In this document: in pieces, positions 30,201 through 40,184 of the stretch
How positions within the stretch are numbered: the stretch's first letter is position 1
How the letters are laid out: the number at the start of each line of letters is the position of its first letter
Origin: an uncultured Verrucomicrobiota bacterium
GTDB taxonomy: Bacteria > Verrucomicrobiota > Kiritimatiellia > CAIQIC01 > Lenti-01
Length of the DNA stretch: 64,000 nucleotides
Reading direction: 5' to 3'
NCBI GenBank assembly: GCA_937872095.1
Contig: CALMNW010000034.1
Span: forward strand, 20,107-84,106
Translations under genes and position numbers: made by a program
The notes under the pieces: model-generated
Seen by the model: the letters and a program-made list of their open reading frames with translations, nothing else
The model's database searches: none
What the model was told of the DNA's origin: nothing

Positions 30201-33200
30201 TGGGCATCGCCAACGTGGCCGTATCCATCACGCCGCCGGCGGGCATCGATCTCGGCCGCGGCGCGGGCCTGGCGATCACCAACTGGACGGACGCCAGCGG
30301 CTACTACCTGTTCGAATCCATCCCGGCGACGGGCGTCTACACCGTGCGGGTGGTCACGGCGACTCTGCCGGGCGGCATCGGCACCCAGACCTACGACGAA
30401 GATGCCGTCAAGGACAGCACGCACGCGGTTTATCTGGACATCTACGCGGCGCCTGCCAGCACGAACAACCTGCATCTGACCACCGACTTTGGGTACACGC
30501 TGGCCAGCGCGATCGAGGGCACGATTTGGCACGATTACGACCGGGGCCAAGAGTCTTACCGCGAAGCCGGCGAGGATTGGATGACCAACGTGACGGTCTA
30601 TCTCTGCGCCAGTCCTTCGCCGTGCGGGCCGGGCGCGTCTATCGCCACGAACGTCACGACCACCAACGGCTACTTCCGCTTCACCGGCAACTTCGACGGC
30701 ACCTACACCGTCTTCGTCGCGACGAATTCCGGCATGCTCAGCAACGGTTCCTGGCACGTGTCGTTCGACACGGACGGAACCAACACGGCGAACTATGCCG
30801 CGGTGACGGTTCCGCTCGGCGGGGTGGGGCGGGCGGACTTCAGCTATTTCCGCACCGGGCCGTATCGAATCGGCGACACGCTGTTCTACGACTGGAACGG
30901 CGACGGCGCGCAGGATGTGGCGTCCGAGGAAGGCATCCCGGACGTCACGGTCTGGCTCTATGAAGACGCCAACAGCAACGGCGTCGTGGATGCGGCCACC
31001 GACGCCCTCGTCGCGACGACGGTTACGACGACGAACGGCTATTACGTCTTCACCAACCTGTTCGCGACGAACACCTATCTGGTGATGGTGGACCGCGCCG
31101 ATCCGGACCTGCCGGCGAGCTGCCACGTGACGGCGGATCCGTGGGGGGCGCTGGATGCCCGCAGCGTCGTGACGATCGTCAACGCCGACAACTTCGACCA
31201 GGACTTCGGGTTCCAGCCCTATGGCAGCGGCGCGATCGGCGACACCGTGTGGCTTGACCGCAACGCCGACGGCATCCAGCTCGGCACCCAGGAACCCGGA
31301 CTCCCCGACGTCGAGGTCCGTCTGTACGTCGATTTCGACGGCAACGGCGACTACGTGCTTTTGCGGACCACGAATACCGATGCCAACGGACTCTATCTCT
31401 TCGACGAATTGCCGGACGGCGACTACCGCGTCGTAGTGGACGACGCGGACGCCGATTTGCCGGTCGACGCATATGGCAACGTCTATTACCCGAGCACGGC
31501 CGTCTCGTTCGACGTGGAGATCAGCGGCGGCAACACGTACTTGGACGCGGACTTCGGCTTTGCGCCCTACGGCGCGATCGGCGATACGGTTTTCTGGGAC
31601 CTCAACCGCAACGGCGACCAGGACTTCAACGACCCCGGCGTGCCGGGCGTGGACGTTTATCTGTACGCCGACGCCAACGGCAACGGCATCTACGATACGG
31701 GCGAAACGCTGCTGGCCACCGAAACCACCGATGCCACCGGCTTCTACGTCTTTTCCGGCCTCTTGCCCGACGATTACGTCGTCGTAGTCGAAACGGCCAG
31801 CGGCCCGCTGGCCGGCACGGACCAGACCGCCGATCCCCAGTCGGACGGCTTGGCCTGCGACGATCCGCTCAACGTCGTGCCTTGCGACGACCAGTGCGGC
31901 TGGTCGCTCGCGCCCGCGCAGATTTTCATGGGCGCGGACTTCGGCTACGCCCCGCGGGGCGTCATCGGGGACACCGTCTGGGTCGACGCGAACGACAACG
32001 GCTTGCGCGACGCCGGCGAACTGGGGATCCCGTACGTCGACGTGATTCTTTATTCCAACGGCGTGGCCATCGCGACCAATACGACGGATGCCGACGGCAT
32101 CTACGGATTCAGCGGCCTGGTGGATTTCTCCAACTACGGCGTGCGGGTGGCGACCAACGACGTCGACTTCCCGGCGGGCCTGACCAACACGTGGACGGCG
32201 GACGGAACGTTCGACAACTACACGACCAACATCGTGATGTCCGGCGGCGCCGTGACGTCCATCGGCGGCTATCCCTGCACGGATTGCGACCTGAACGTCG
32301 ATTTCGGCTACCGCTATGCCGGCAACAACAGCCTGAGCGGCACGATCGGGCTCGATGCGCCGACGTACGACGGCCTGATGAACGACTTGAATCCGTCCGG
32401 TCCGGGTCCCGGCGAATCGCCTTATGCCGGCGTGCCGGTCACGCTGTACCTGTGGAACGACGACGGCGACGGCATCATCGAGGCCGGCGAGACCACGCAG
32501 CTTGGCTCGACCGTCACCGATGCCAACGGCGACTACGCGTTTACGGGCTTGCCGAACGGCGACGGCGACGACAAGTACGTGGTGGCCAGTGCCGCGCCGG
32601 AAAGCTATCTGACTCTCACGACCACCAACGGCTCCATCGCCGGCGTGACGGTGTTTTCCACGACCAATCTCCAAGGCTATGCGGTGTCTGCCCGGCTGGC
32701 AGTGAGCGTCGCGCCCAGCATCACGAACATGGATTTCGCCTATGCCTCCCAGAAATCCTACGACTACGGCGACCTGCCGGACAGCTACGGAACGTTGCTG
32801 GCCGACGGCGCGCGGCACGTCGTGGCGACCGTGCCGGACCTCTATCTGGGTGCCGGCGTCGATACGGAAAGCAACGGCCAACCCTCGGCCGGAGCCGACG
32901 GGGACGATCTGGCCGGAACGGACGACGAAGACGGGGTGGTCCAATTGACCAACGCCATCTGGACCGTCGGCGCCGCTGGCGGTTCCGTCGAGGTGACGGT
33001 GGGCGCCGGCAGCGGCTGGCTGCTGGGCTATATCGATTTCAACGGCGACGGCGACTTCGTGGACGCCGGCGAAATGATCGCCAGCCAGGCGGTTTCCGCC
33101 ACCGGCGGCAACGGCGCAGGCGTCTACACGAATTCGTTCACGATTCCGGCCGGCACGTTCTCGGCGACCAGTTCCACGCCGCTGTATGCCCGCTTCCGGT

Positions 33201-36200
33201 TGTTCCCCGAAGAGCCGTTGTTCCCCGAACTGGCGTATGCCGGCACCGCCGCCGACGGCGAGGTGGAAGACTACCTCTGGCATTTGGCTGGCCTCGGCGA
33301 CTACGTTTGGTACGACGTGAACGGCGATGGCATCCAAGACGTCGGCGAACCGCCGATCGTCGGCGTGCGCGTGTTCCTCGATCTGAACGACGATGGCGTC
33401 TGGCAGGCCGCCGAACCGGCCGCGACCACCGACGCCGACGGGCTCTACGGCATCGGTGGGCTGATTGCCGGCACCTATGTCGTCCGGGTGGATACCAACA
33501 CCTTGCCGGTCGGCGTGTTGCCCACCTACGACTACGACGGCATCGGCACGCTGCATGTCGCTTCCGTGGACGTCGCCCAGTTGGATCAATTCTTCGACGA
33601 GGCCGATTTCGGCTATCTGCCGCCGGTGGACATCGGCGATCGGGTGTGGTTCGACGCCAATCGCGACGGCATCCAGAACGCCGGCGAGACCGACAACTTC
33701 ATCGGCATTCCGGTCGCCCTGCTGGACAGCAACGGGACCATCGTCGCCCAGACCGTAACCGACGACAACGGCTTGTACCTGTTCGAAGACATGCCTGCGC
33801 AAACCTATTTCCTGCGGTTCGATCTGGCCAGCATCAGCACGAACGAGAACGTCAGCACCTACAAGGTCGGCAGCGACGACGAAGTCGACAGCGACGCGAT
33901 CATCGGCAACGTGGGCGATTACGCCTGGACCGCCGCCGTCGTTCCCGTCGCGGGCGAATCCCTGCTGACGGTCGATCTGGGCATCACCACGCGCGGTTCG
34001 ACGCGCGCCGACCTCGCGGAAGTCTGGGGCGAATGGGTCGATGGGCAGGGCCGCGTCGCTTGGCGCACGGCGGCGGAATTCGGCACGGCGGGATTTTTTG
34101 TCTGGCGCATCGACCCGGCCTCGGGCGAGGAAACGCGGCTGAACCATCTGCTGGTGCCCTCGGCCTTCCAGGAAGGGGGCGCCACGTATGGGCTGGTGGA
34201 TCCCGCCGCCCGCGAAGACGAAGAAGGCGCCTATCGGATCGAAGAGGTGGAATTGTCGGGAGAAATCGTCGGTCTCGGTTCGCGTTCGGTGCGATTCGAC
34301 GCGCCGGCGCCGGCAGCCAAGTCCACGCGCGATGCCCGGGTCGCCAAGCCGATCGTGCAAGCGGTCCTTCCCAAGGCGTCGCAAGGCCCTTCGTCCGTGT
34401 TGAAAGTGCAAGCGGAGACGGAAGGGCTGTATGGCGTGGAATTGCAGGCGATCGCCGACGGCATGGGTCTTGCGCTTGAAAGCGTGCAGGCGCTGGCCGA
34501 GGCCGGATCGCTGAAGATCACGGAGCAAGCCCGTACGGTGCCGGTCAGCTACGATGCGGCCCGCGGGCGTCTGTTGTTCCATGCCAAGGCGCCCGATCGC
34601 AATTGGTATTCGCATGCCGATGCCTATCTGATTTCGGCGGGCGAGGGGCTGGCCATGCCGCAGCGGGAGCCGGATGCGGCGGCCGGTGCTTCGGTCTTTC
34701 CCGTGACGCTCCATTTCGAGGAGAACCTCTTCCTGTTCAACATGAACCGGATGCCGGACGATTTCTACTTCTGGGTCGGCGTGGTCAGCGGAACGAACGA
34801 CCTGCTGGATCCGATCTTCCCATTGGATCTGAACGGATACGCCGGCGGCGACATGCGCCTGAAAGTGCGCCTGATGGGGTGGTCCAGCACGACCAACGCC
34901 CCGGACCACCATGCCGAATTCTATTTCAACGGAACCTTGGCGGGCGACGTCGCCTTCGACGGGCAGGACGTCGCCGAAACCGAAATGACGATCCCGGCCG
35001 GCACGATATCGGACGGAATCAATGAGCTGCGGGTGCATGGCCGGATGCCGGAAGACCAAAGCCACAGCTTCTTCGTGGTAGACTGGGTGGAGGCTTCGTT
35101 CGACCGCCAGTTGGCGCCGGGAACGATTCCCGCGCCGTTCGCCGCTGCCGGCGCGTCTTCGATATCCGCGCAGGCTTTCGCCGAACCGATCGCGTTGGCC
35201 TTGGATGCAGCCGGAAATCCGACGCGGATCGCCGACGAATCCGGCGGCTTGCCATCCAGGGCCTGGACGGTGGCGCCGGCCGAAGACCGCTACGAAGTGC
35301 TCGAGGCGAACGACGTGCCGCTGTTGGTTCCGAAACCGGCGGCGGCCGATGCCTGGTTCCTGTCGGAGACGAACGCCGTCGACTATCTGGTGATCGCTCC
35401 GCGCGAACTGGCTCCGGCCGCGCAGGAATTGGCGGATTATCGGGCGGGACAGGGACTGCGTTCCGGCGTGGCGGTTTTCGAAGACGTGTGCGACCTGCTG
35501 GCCGGCGGCGTGCGCACCCCGGAAGCGATTTCCGGCTTGTTGCGGTATGCGGCGTCGACGTGGGCGGCTTCGCCCCGGATGGTGCTGCTGGCGGGCAGCG
35601 GGCACTACGATTATCTGGGGGTGAACACCAGCGAGGCCAACCATTTGCCGCCTTTGCTGGTCCAGATGCCGGTCGGCGTATGCGCATCGGACGCTTTGTT
35701 GGCGGATACGGGCGGGGACGAACTGCCGGATGTCGCGATCGGTCGATTGCCGGCCCGCACCGAAGCGGAGTTGGCCGCCATGATCGCGAAAATCAAGGCC
35801 TACGAGGCCGAATTCGGCGCGGAGTGGCAGAACCAATTGGTGCTGGTGGCCGACAACGCCGATCCGGCGGGTTATTTCGCCGCCGCGAACGAGCGGTTGG
35901 CGGAGCTGGTGTCCGCGCCCTATTCCGTGGCCGAGCGCATCGAATTGGATACGATGGATCTGGACCTTGCCCGTGCGGATCTGCTGGGCTGGTTCAATTC
36001 CGGCGCGGGATTCATCAACTACGTCGGGCACGGAAGCATCAAGACCCTCGCCGCCGAAAACCTTCTGGCGGCAACCAACGTCGATGAAATGGTCGCGACG
36101 GACCGTCCGTCCGTTGCGGTGACCTTGACCTGCTTGGCGGCGCGTTACGAAGTGCCGGCGGTGGAGAGCTTGGGCGAGCGGCTCATGCAGCGGGAACAGG

Positions 36201-39200
36201 GCGGAGCGGTCGCCGTGCTGGGGCCCTCGGGCCTTTCCCAGAACGCGCCGGCGACGGAATTGGGCGAGGCGTTCTATCGGACCATCCTGCAAGACGGGAT
36301 GGGCGAACTGGGCATGGCTTTTCTGCGCGCCCGCCGTTCGCTGCCCGCGAGCCTGTTCTCCAAAGACACGATCGCGGTCTACAATTTGCTTGGGGATCCG
36401 GCCCTGCGCATCGCGGGGAACGATCCGGCCGCCGCGGCGAAGCTTCCGGCCCAGATCTTCCTGCAAGACCTTGCGCAGACCTGCGACGGCACTCCGCGCG
36501 CCGTTTCGGCCGCGACGGAACCGGCTGGCCTGGCGGTGCGCATCACCTACGACGGCCATGCCGTGGCGCCGACGGCGGTCGGCTCCTATGCGGTGGTCGC
36601 GACGATCGCGACGGCCGATTACGAGGGAACCGCCGCGGGGACGCTGGTGGTCTCGAAGGCGGCAGCGGCGGTGTCGTTGACCGATCTCGAGCAGATCTAC
36701 GATGGTACGCCGAAGACGCCCGCCGCGACGACGGAACCGGCTGGTTTGGCCGTGGAATTCACGTACGACGGAGAGGCGACGCCGCCGACGGCGGCCGGCA
36801 CGTACGCCGTCGTCGCCACCGTGGCCGATGCCCAATGGGCGGGCGTGGCCACGGGCCTGCTGACGGTGGCCAAGGCGCCGGCGACGGTGCTGCTGGCCGG
36901 TCTGGCCCAAGTTTTCGACGAAACTCCGAGAATTGCGACAGCCACCACCGTGCCGGAAGGATTGTCCGTCGAAGTCCGCTACGACGGCTCGGAAACGCCT
37001 CCGGTCGGCGCCGGCAGCTACGTGGTCACGGCCGTGGTGGACGATCCCAACTTCGAAGGCATGGCCTCCGACGTGTTGACGGTATCCAAGGCCTCGGCGA
37101 CGGTCGTCTTGGGCAGTTTGGCCCAGACCTACGATGGCCGGCCCAAATACGCGACGGCGACCACCGCGCCCGGCGAACTGGCCGTCGATTTCACGTACGC
37201 CGGCTCGGCGCGAGCGCCCGTTGCCGCCGGCAGCTATGCCGTGGTTGGAACCGTGAGCGATCCCAACTGGCAGGGATCGGCTGCCGGGACGCTGGCCATC
37301 GGCAAGGCGGACCAGACGATCCAATTTGCCTCGATCGCCGACCAGATCACGACCGCCGCGGTCGAATTGTCCGCCACGGCGTCCAGCGGGCTGCCCGTGT
37401 CGTTCGCCGTCGTTTCCGGTCCGGCCGTTCTGCTGGGCGGAACAAGTCTTTCCTTCTCGGGTCCGGGGACGGTCGTCGTGGCCGCCCGGCAGGGCGGAAA
37501 CGAAAACTGGAATGCGGCTCCGGAAGCAACGCAAGTGTTCAACGTCGTGCCGGTCGTGCTGAGCAGCACCCGCGTTCTCGTGCGCGAAAACGGGGAGGGG
37601 CGTTTCTTCGTGAAGCTCTCGCAAGCCCCCGCCGCCAATACGACCGTCACGGTGGCCCGTTGCGCGGGCAGCGAAAGCCTTTCCGTGGCGAGCGGCGCCG
37701 AGTTGGTCTTCAAGGCGTCGAATTGGGATGCGTGGCAACCCGTGACGCTGGCCGCGGATCAAGATGCGAACGGCAGCGACGAGACGGCCACCTTCCGCGT
37801 GTCGACGGCCGGAGCGGCGGATCGGCAGTTGGAGGCCGTCGCGTTGGATGGCGACGCCGGAGAGAATCTGGCCTCGCCGGCGCGGGGAACCGCCATTTCC
37901 GGGACCCGCGGCTATTTCCTGCCGCTGGCGATCGACGGCATCCACGCGTCCCGCACCAATTACGCCTATACGATCTGGAGCAATCCGTCGCCCGGCACGA
38001 TGATTCTGGATTTGCAGGGAATCACGACGGTGTCGCGCCTGCGGTTGTTGAATTGGGATTGGAGTTTCCGTTCCCACCAATACATGCTGGAGTCGTCGGA
38101 GGACGGCGAAGATTGGTCTCTCCTGGTCGATGCCCGGTCGGGCGAGCATCGCGGCTGGGAAGACTGGGTGGTGGATGACACGCCGGCCCGGTATTTGCGC
38201 TTCACGGGGACGTCCAATTCCGCGAATACCGCCGTGTGCATTGCCGAATGGGAAGTGTATGGTCCCACCGGTTCGACCCCGCGGCCGGTTTGTTCGGCCG
38301 TCGACGTATCCGTCCGCGAAGCGGGCGAAGGCCGGTTCTTCGTGCGCCTGAACCAGGCGCCCGAGTCGAACGTCGTGGTCGGAGTGGCATGCGCCGCGGA
38401 ATCCGCCGGTCTGTCCGTGAAGAGCGGGCAAGCCTTGACCTTCAAGCCTTCGAACTGGAACGTTTGGCAGCCGGTCGTGCTCGCGGCGGAAGAAGACGCC
38501 AACGCCGAAGACGAGACGGCGTCGTTCCGCGTTTCGCTTTCGGGCGCGGCGGATCGCTACGTGAAGGCAACCGCGCTGGACGACGACATCGGGGAGAACG
38601 TGGCTCTGGCCTCGAGCGGGACTTCGATCTCGGGCTCGCGGGGCTATCTCTTGGGGGCGGCCATCGACGGAACGCACCTGTCGAGCACCAACTATGCCTT
38701 CGTGGTTTGGCCGGGCTCGATGACCCTGGATCTGCAAGGCGAGGTGGTCGTTTCGCGGGTACGGCTGTTGAACTGGGACTGGACCCTCCGGTCCCACCGC
38801 TATCGGATCGAGGCTTCGCTGGACGGCGCGAACTGGTCGGTGTTGGCGGATGCGAGCGAAGGCGAACACCGCGGTTGGGAAGATTGGCCGGTCGCCGACC
38901 AGCGGATTCGGTTCCTGCGGTTTACCGGCCTATACAATTCCGCGAATTCCGCCGTGTGCATCGCCGAATGGGAGGTCTACGGCACGCGCACGCAGCGGTC
39001 CGAACTGGAGGTGTCGGCAACGAACGTCAACGTGCGCGAGGCGGGTGAAGGTCGCTTCTTCGTGCGGCTGGATCGCGCTCCGGCGGGAGACGTCGCGGTC
39101 GCGGTGGCGCGCGTTTCGGGCGATTCGGCCATTTCGGCGGAAGACGGGGCGACGCTGACCTTCAAGCCGTCGAATTGGAACGTCTGGCAGGCCGTGACGC

Positions 39201-40120
39201 TGGTGGCGCAAGAGGATGAAAACGCCGCTGGCGAAACCGCGCTCTTCCGGATTTCGGCGCCGGACGCGCAGGATCGATTCGTGGAGGCCGCCACGCTGGA
39301 CGACGATATCGGCGAGAATCTGGCCTTGGCTTCTAACGGCGCCCGGATTTCCGGGACGCGGGCTTATTTGACGGCGCTGGCGATCGATGGGCAGCATCTG
39401 TCCCGCGCGAATTACGGCTACGCGGTCTGGACGAACGAACCGCCCGGGGCGATGACGCTGGATCTGGGCGCGGCGCGGTCCGTTGCGCGGGTGCGCCTGC
39501 TGAACTGGGACTGGAATTTGCGTTCTCACCGCTATCGGATCGAAACCTCGGAGGACGGGCTGGTTTGGTCGGTGCTGGCGGATGCGAGCACAGGCGAGCA
39601 CCACGGCTGGGAAGATTGGGCGGCAGACGGCCGCGCGATCCGCTATCTGCGCCTGACGGGCCTGTACAATTCCGCGAATTCCGCCGTCTGCATCGCCGAA
39701 TGGGAAGTGTACGGCGCGGCCCCGGCGGCAGCGGCCAGCGCGGCGGCGGTTAACGTCGTCGAGGATCCGTTCCCGCTGACGATCGTGACGAGCGACGACG
39801 GGCCGGACTACACCAACGGCTGGGCGGCCGTGGACGGCGATACGAATACCTGCTGGATTGGCCGGGCGGGCGCCGGCGGCTGGTACATCGCCGTCGGCTA
39901 CGACGCCGTCTGGCACATGACCAATCTCGTGGTGGATTTGGCCGAAGGTTCGGCGACGCAATTCCAATGCCTGCATAGCCTGGATGCCGTGAACTGGCAG
40001 GAGTGGCCGACGGAAAAGGATGAAGATTCCGTCGACATGAGCTATCTGTGGATTCTGTTCCCCGCCGATGGTCCGGCGGCCCCGGAACCCCGCGTGATTG
40101 AAATCCGGCCCCAGCAATGA
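27254..40120 (+). CDS. Giant (~4,290 aa) secreted surface protein: DUF11, SdrD-B/Cna-B repeats, GEVED, peptidase C25 (gingipain), MBG-like repeats, 3x (Calx-beta-like + F5/8 discoidin)
   Basis: Signal peptide ending ARA; repeated GDTVWxDxNxDG...DFG; DGEVEDY near 33255; DYLVIAP, YVGHG (His 36029), LTC (Cys 36131), YNLLGDPAL; alternative GTG start at 27242. Confidence 0.85.
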   Translation: MNIRSSWCSRQFLLVAALAVAGISGPARAGNPDGDLRVEIVTAYNLVVDSNAESPSTYAPKSAYIGAKFCNDGTAPLTNVWAYIGDLAAGTPGTYPSRAHPGLVGPLPGGEFALTHEGGTMGATDATRYVGTIDPGECVTVYWLVSYPQLDENGDAVWGPSVKPDDDLWMEYDVWATAQQGAAYYQADDSQTLTCRNEISAMANKIWPNGANKVPQEYQDLLQQYVPLWTNTSAVAEPGAVLRTEGIWYDLGNVGDGFDNDGDLVPDRNAWLQPVGDPDIFDPSCFRMVRTYVMIIVKLNDGTEQVIVTEDQLYFTQIPANNRGAVGYVMYEFVAIGSGCVSTLTPYQEVASGFDNEKFNGDYGAPGQTLTGGTSLLAIAKSADPIVTRPGSNIAYTVTYTNSGPDPSGRPDIGLPVVVQDSIPTGTVYVAGSATAANVLPGGVSSYEVHYSTNHGLTWSLSEPAVATNVTDVQWWLSDPLPAGGAGTVRFTVKIANPWPFPSPIVPNTAGLSFGNTTPFMWAHAQTLLLGNNALGDTVWRDDGAGGGLLGNQLQEGGETGITGVTVRLYYDLDGDGTGDFLFATTNTGANGYYTFTNLPDGHFTVVVETTNSHIPFGYTPTTPTSFSIPLDPARTNVNPVVNWTADFGFAPALTLIKTHTSTNAVREGQLISYNLTVSNNLPGNGTGSGSPATYYAWASSGGADYKNTEWVNYSNAFYPPGPDGLYTSNQFAGPTTVLSLTNFTVGAQLGTVTNVSLVMPIQMVPPIGGDDTVTIEVRTLSPSTIRFSQTYLATSLVSGVWTVPRTGNYAWTWADFDSNAVVTLSAKKNSGGTAGGWILLDAVGFKIESDQTVGVAGDTTTLDPVPLVDRYDPAKLQFVSAQPPESSVETDPTGTIYWDNVGPIYPGGTSTVAVTFKLLEPPGNTNTVVTNTTWVTNAYFTGGAHANNATSSVVVTQFPAATVGDYVWRDLNGDGIQNETNMGIANVAVSITPPAGIDLGRGAGLAITNWTDASGYYLFESIPATGVYTVRVVTATLPGGIGTQTYDEDAVKDSTHAVYLDIYAAPASTNNLHLTTDFGYTLASAIEGTIWHDYDRGQESYREAGEDWMTNVTVYLCASPSPCGPGASIATNVTTTNGYFRFTGNFDGTYTVFVATNSGMLSNGSWHVSFDTDGTNTANYAAVTVPLGGVGRADFSYFRTGPYRIGDTLFYDWNGDGAQDVASEEGIPDVTVWLYEDANSNGVVDAATDALVATTVTTTNGYYVFTNLFATNTYLVMVDRADPDLPASCHVTADPWGALDARSVVTIVNADNFDQDFGFQPYGSGAIGDTVWLDRNADGIQLGTQEPGLPDVEVRLYVDFDGNGDYVLLRTTNTDANGLYLFDELPDGDYRVVVDDADADLPVDAYGNVYYPSTAVSFDVEISGGNTYLDADFGFAPYGAIGDTVFWDLNRNGDQDFNDPGVPGVDVYLYADANGNGIYDTGETLLATETTDATGFYVFSGLLPDDYVVVVETASGPLAGTDQTADPQSDGLACDDPLNVVPCDDQCGWSLAPAQIFMGADFGYAPRGVIGDTVWVDANDNGLRDAGELGIPYVDVILYSNGVAIATNTTDADGIYGFSGLVDFSNYGVRVATNDVDFPAGLTNTWTADGTFDNYTTNIVMSGGAVTSIGGYPCTDCDLNVDFGYRYAGNNSLSGTIGLDAPTYDGLMNDLNPSGPGPGESPYAGVPVTLYLWNDDGDGIIEAGETTQLGSTVTDANGDYAFTGLPNGDGDDKYVVASAAPESYLTLTTTNGSIAGVTVFSTTNLQGYAVSARLAVSVAPSITNMDFAYASQKSYDYGDLPDSYGTLLADGARHVVATVPDLYLGAGVDTESNGQPSAGADGDDLAGTDDEDGVVQLTNAIWTVGAAGGSVEVTVGAGSGWLLGYIDFNGDGDFVDAGEMIASQAVSATGGNGAGVYTNSFTIPAGTFSATSSTPLYARFRLFPEEPLFPELAYAGTAADGEVEDYLWHLAGLGDYVWYDVNGDGIQDVGEPPIVGVRVFLDLNDDGVWQAAEPAATTDADGLYGIGGLIAGTYVVRVDTNTLPVGVLPTYDYDGIGTLHVASVDVAQLDQFFDEADFGYLPPVDIGDRVWFDANRDGIQNAGETDNFIGIPVALLDSNGTIVAQTVTDDNGLYLFEDMPAQTYFLRFDLASISTNENVSTYKVGSDDEVDSDAIIGNVGDYAWTAAVVPVAGESLLTVDLGITTRGSTRADLAEVWGEWVDGQGRVAWRTAAEFGTAGFFVWRIDPASGEETRLNHLLVPSAFQEGGATYGLVDPAAREDEEGAYRIEEVELSGEIVGLGSRSVRFDAPAPAAKSTRDARVAKPIVQAVLPKASQGPSSVLKVQAETEGLYGVELQAIADGMGLALESVQALAEAGSLKITEQARTVPVSYDAARGRLLFHAKAPDRNWYSHADAYLISAGEGLAMPQREPDAAAGASVFPVTLHFEENLFLFNMNRMPDDFYFWVGVVSGTNDLLDPIFPLDLNGYAGGDMRLKVRLMGWSSTTNAPDHHAEFYFNGTLAGDVAFDGQDVAETEMTIPAGTISDGINELRVHGRMPEDQSHSFFVVDWVEASFDRQLAPGTIPAPFAAAGASSISAQAFAEPIALALDAAGNPTRIADESGGLPSRAWTVAPAEDRYEVLEANDVPLLVPKPAAADAWFLSETNAVDYLVIAPRELAPAAQELADYRAGQGLRSGVAVFEDVCDLLAGGVRTPEAISGLLRYAASTWAASPRMVLLAGSGHYDYLGVNTSEANHLPPLLVQMPVGVCASDALLADTGGDELPDVAIGRLPARTEAELAAMIAKIKAYEAEFGAEWQNQLVLVADNADPAGYFAAANERLAELVSAPYSVAERIELDTMDLDLARADLLGWFNSGAGFINYVGHGSIKTLAAENLLAATNVDEMVATDRPSVAVTLTCLAARYEVPAVESLGERLMQREQGGAVAVLGPSGLSQNAPATELGEAFYRTILQDGMGELGMAFLRARRSLPASLFSKDTIAVYNLLGDPALRIAGNDPAAAAKLPAQIFLQDLAQTCDGTPRAVSAATEPAGLAVRITYDGHAVAPTAVGSYAVVATIATADYEGTAAGTLVVSKAAAAVSLTDLEQIYDGTPKTPAATTEPAGLAVEFTYDGEATPPTAAGTYAVVATVADAQWAGVATGLLTVAKAPATVLLAGLAQVFDETPRIATATTVPEGLSVEVRYDGSETPPVGAGSYVVTAVVDDPNFEGMASDVLTVSKASATVVLGSLAQTYDGRPKYATATTAPGELAVDFTYAGSARAPVAAGSYAVVGTVSDPNWQGSAAGTLAIGKADQTIQFASIADQITTAAVELSATASSGLPVSFAVVSGPAVLLGGTSLSFSGPGTVVVAARQGGNENWNAAPEATQVFNVVPVVLSSTRVLVRENGEGRFFVKLSQAPAANTTVTVARCAGSESLSVASGAELVFKASNWDAWQPVTLAADQDANGSDETATFRVSTAGAADRQLEAVALDGDAGENLASPARGTAISGTRGYFLPLAIDGIHASRTNYAYTIWSNPSPGTMILDLQGITTVSRLRLLNWDWSFRSHQYMLESSEDGEDWSLLVDARSGEHRGWEDWVVDDTPARYLRFTGTSNSANTAVCIAEWEVYGPTGSTPRPVCSAVDVSVREAGEGRFFVRLNQAPESNVVVGVACAAESAGLSVKSGQALTFKPSNWNVWQPVVLAAEEDANAEDETASFRVSLSGAADRYVKATALDDDIGENVALASSGTSISGSRGYLLGAAIDGTHLSSTNYAFVVWPGSMTLDLQGEVVVSRVRLLNWDWTLRSHRYRIEASLDGANWSVLADASEGEHRGWEDWPVADQRIRFLRFTGLYNSANSAVCIAEWEVYGTRTQRSELEVSATNVNVREAGEGRFFVRLDRAPAGDVAVAVARVSGDSAISAEDGATLTFKPSNWNVWQAVTLVAQEDENAAGETALFRISAPDAQDRFVEAATLDDDIGENLALASNGARISGTRAYLTALAIDGQHLSRANYGYAVWTNEPPGAMTLDLGAARSVARVRLLNWDWNLRSHRYRIETSEDGLVWSVLADASTGEHHGWEDWAADGRAIRYLRLTGLYNSANSAVCIAEWEVYGAAPAAAASAAAVNVVEDPFPLTIVTSDDGPDYTNGWAAVDGDTNTCWIGRAGAGGWYIAVGYDAVWHMTNLVVDLAEGSATQFQCLHSLDAVNWQEWPTEKDEDSVDMSYLWILFPADGPAAPEPRVIEIRPQQ
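37574..39714 (+). repeat. Three tandem ~240-aa intragenic repeats
   Basis: VRE.GEGRFFV.L, FK.SNW..WQ, LLNWDW..RSH, GEH.GWEDW and NSAN.AVCIAEWEVYG recur with a ~720-730 nt period. Confidence 0.85.
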
Positions 40121-40184
40121 CGAGGATGAAAAACTTGTCGCTGGCCGCAGGAAGGACTAGGATCGATCGCAATAGGAGATTGCC

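Noticed and set aside
27269-38869. 3,866-aa minus-strand ORF
   Set aside because: Antisense shadow of the giant + strand gene, expected from high-GC codon bias; R/G/V-rich with no domain motifs
37574-39714. Diversity-generating retroelement VR/TR pair
   Set aside because: Repeats are whole in-frame domains, differences are not visibly adenine-specific, and no reverse transcriptase is present
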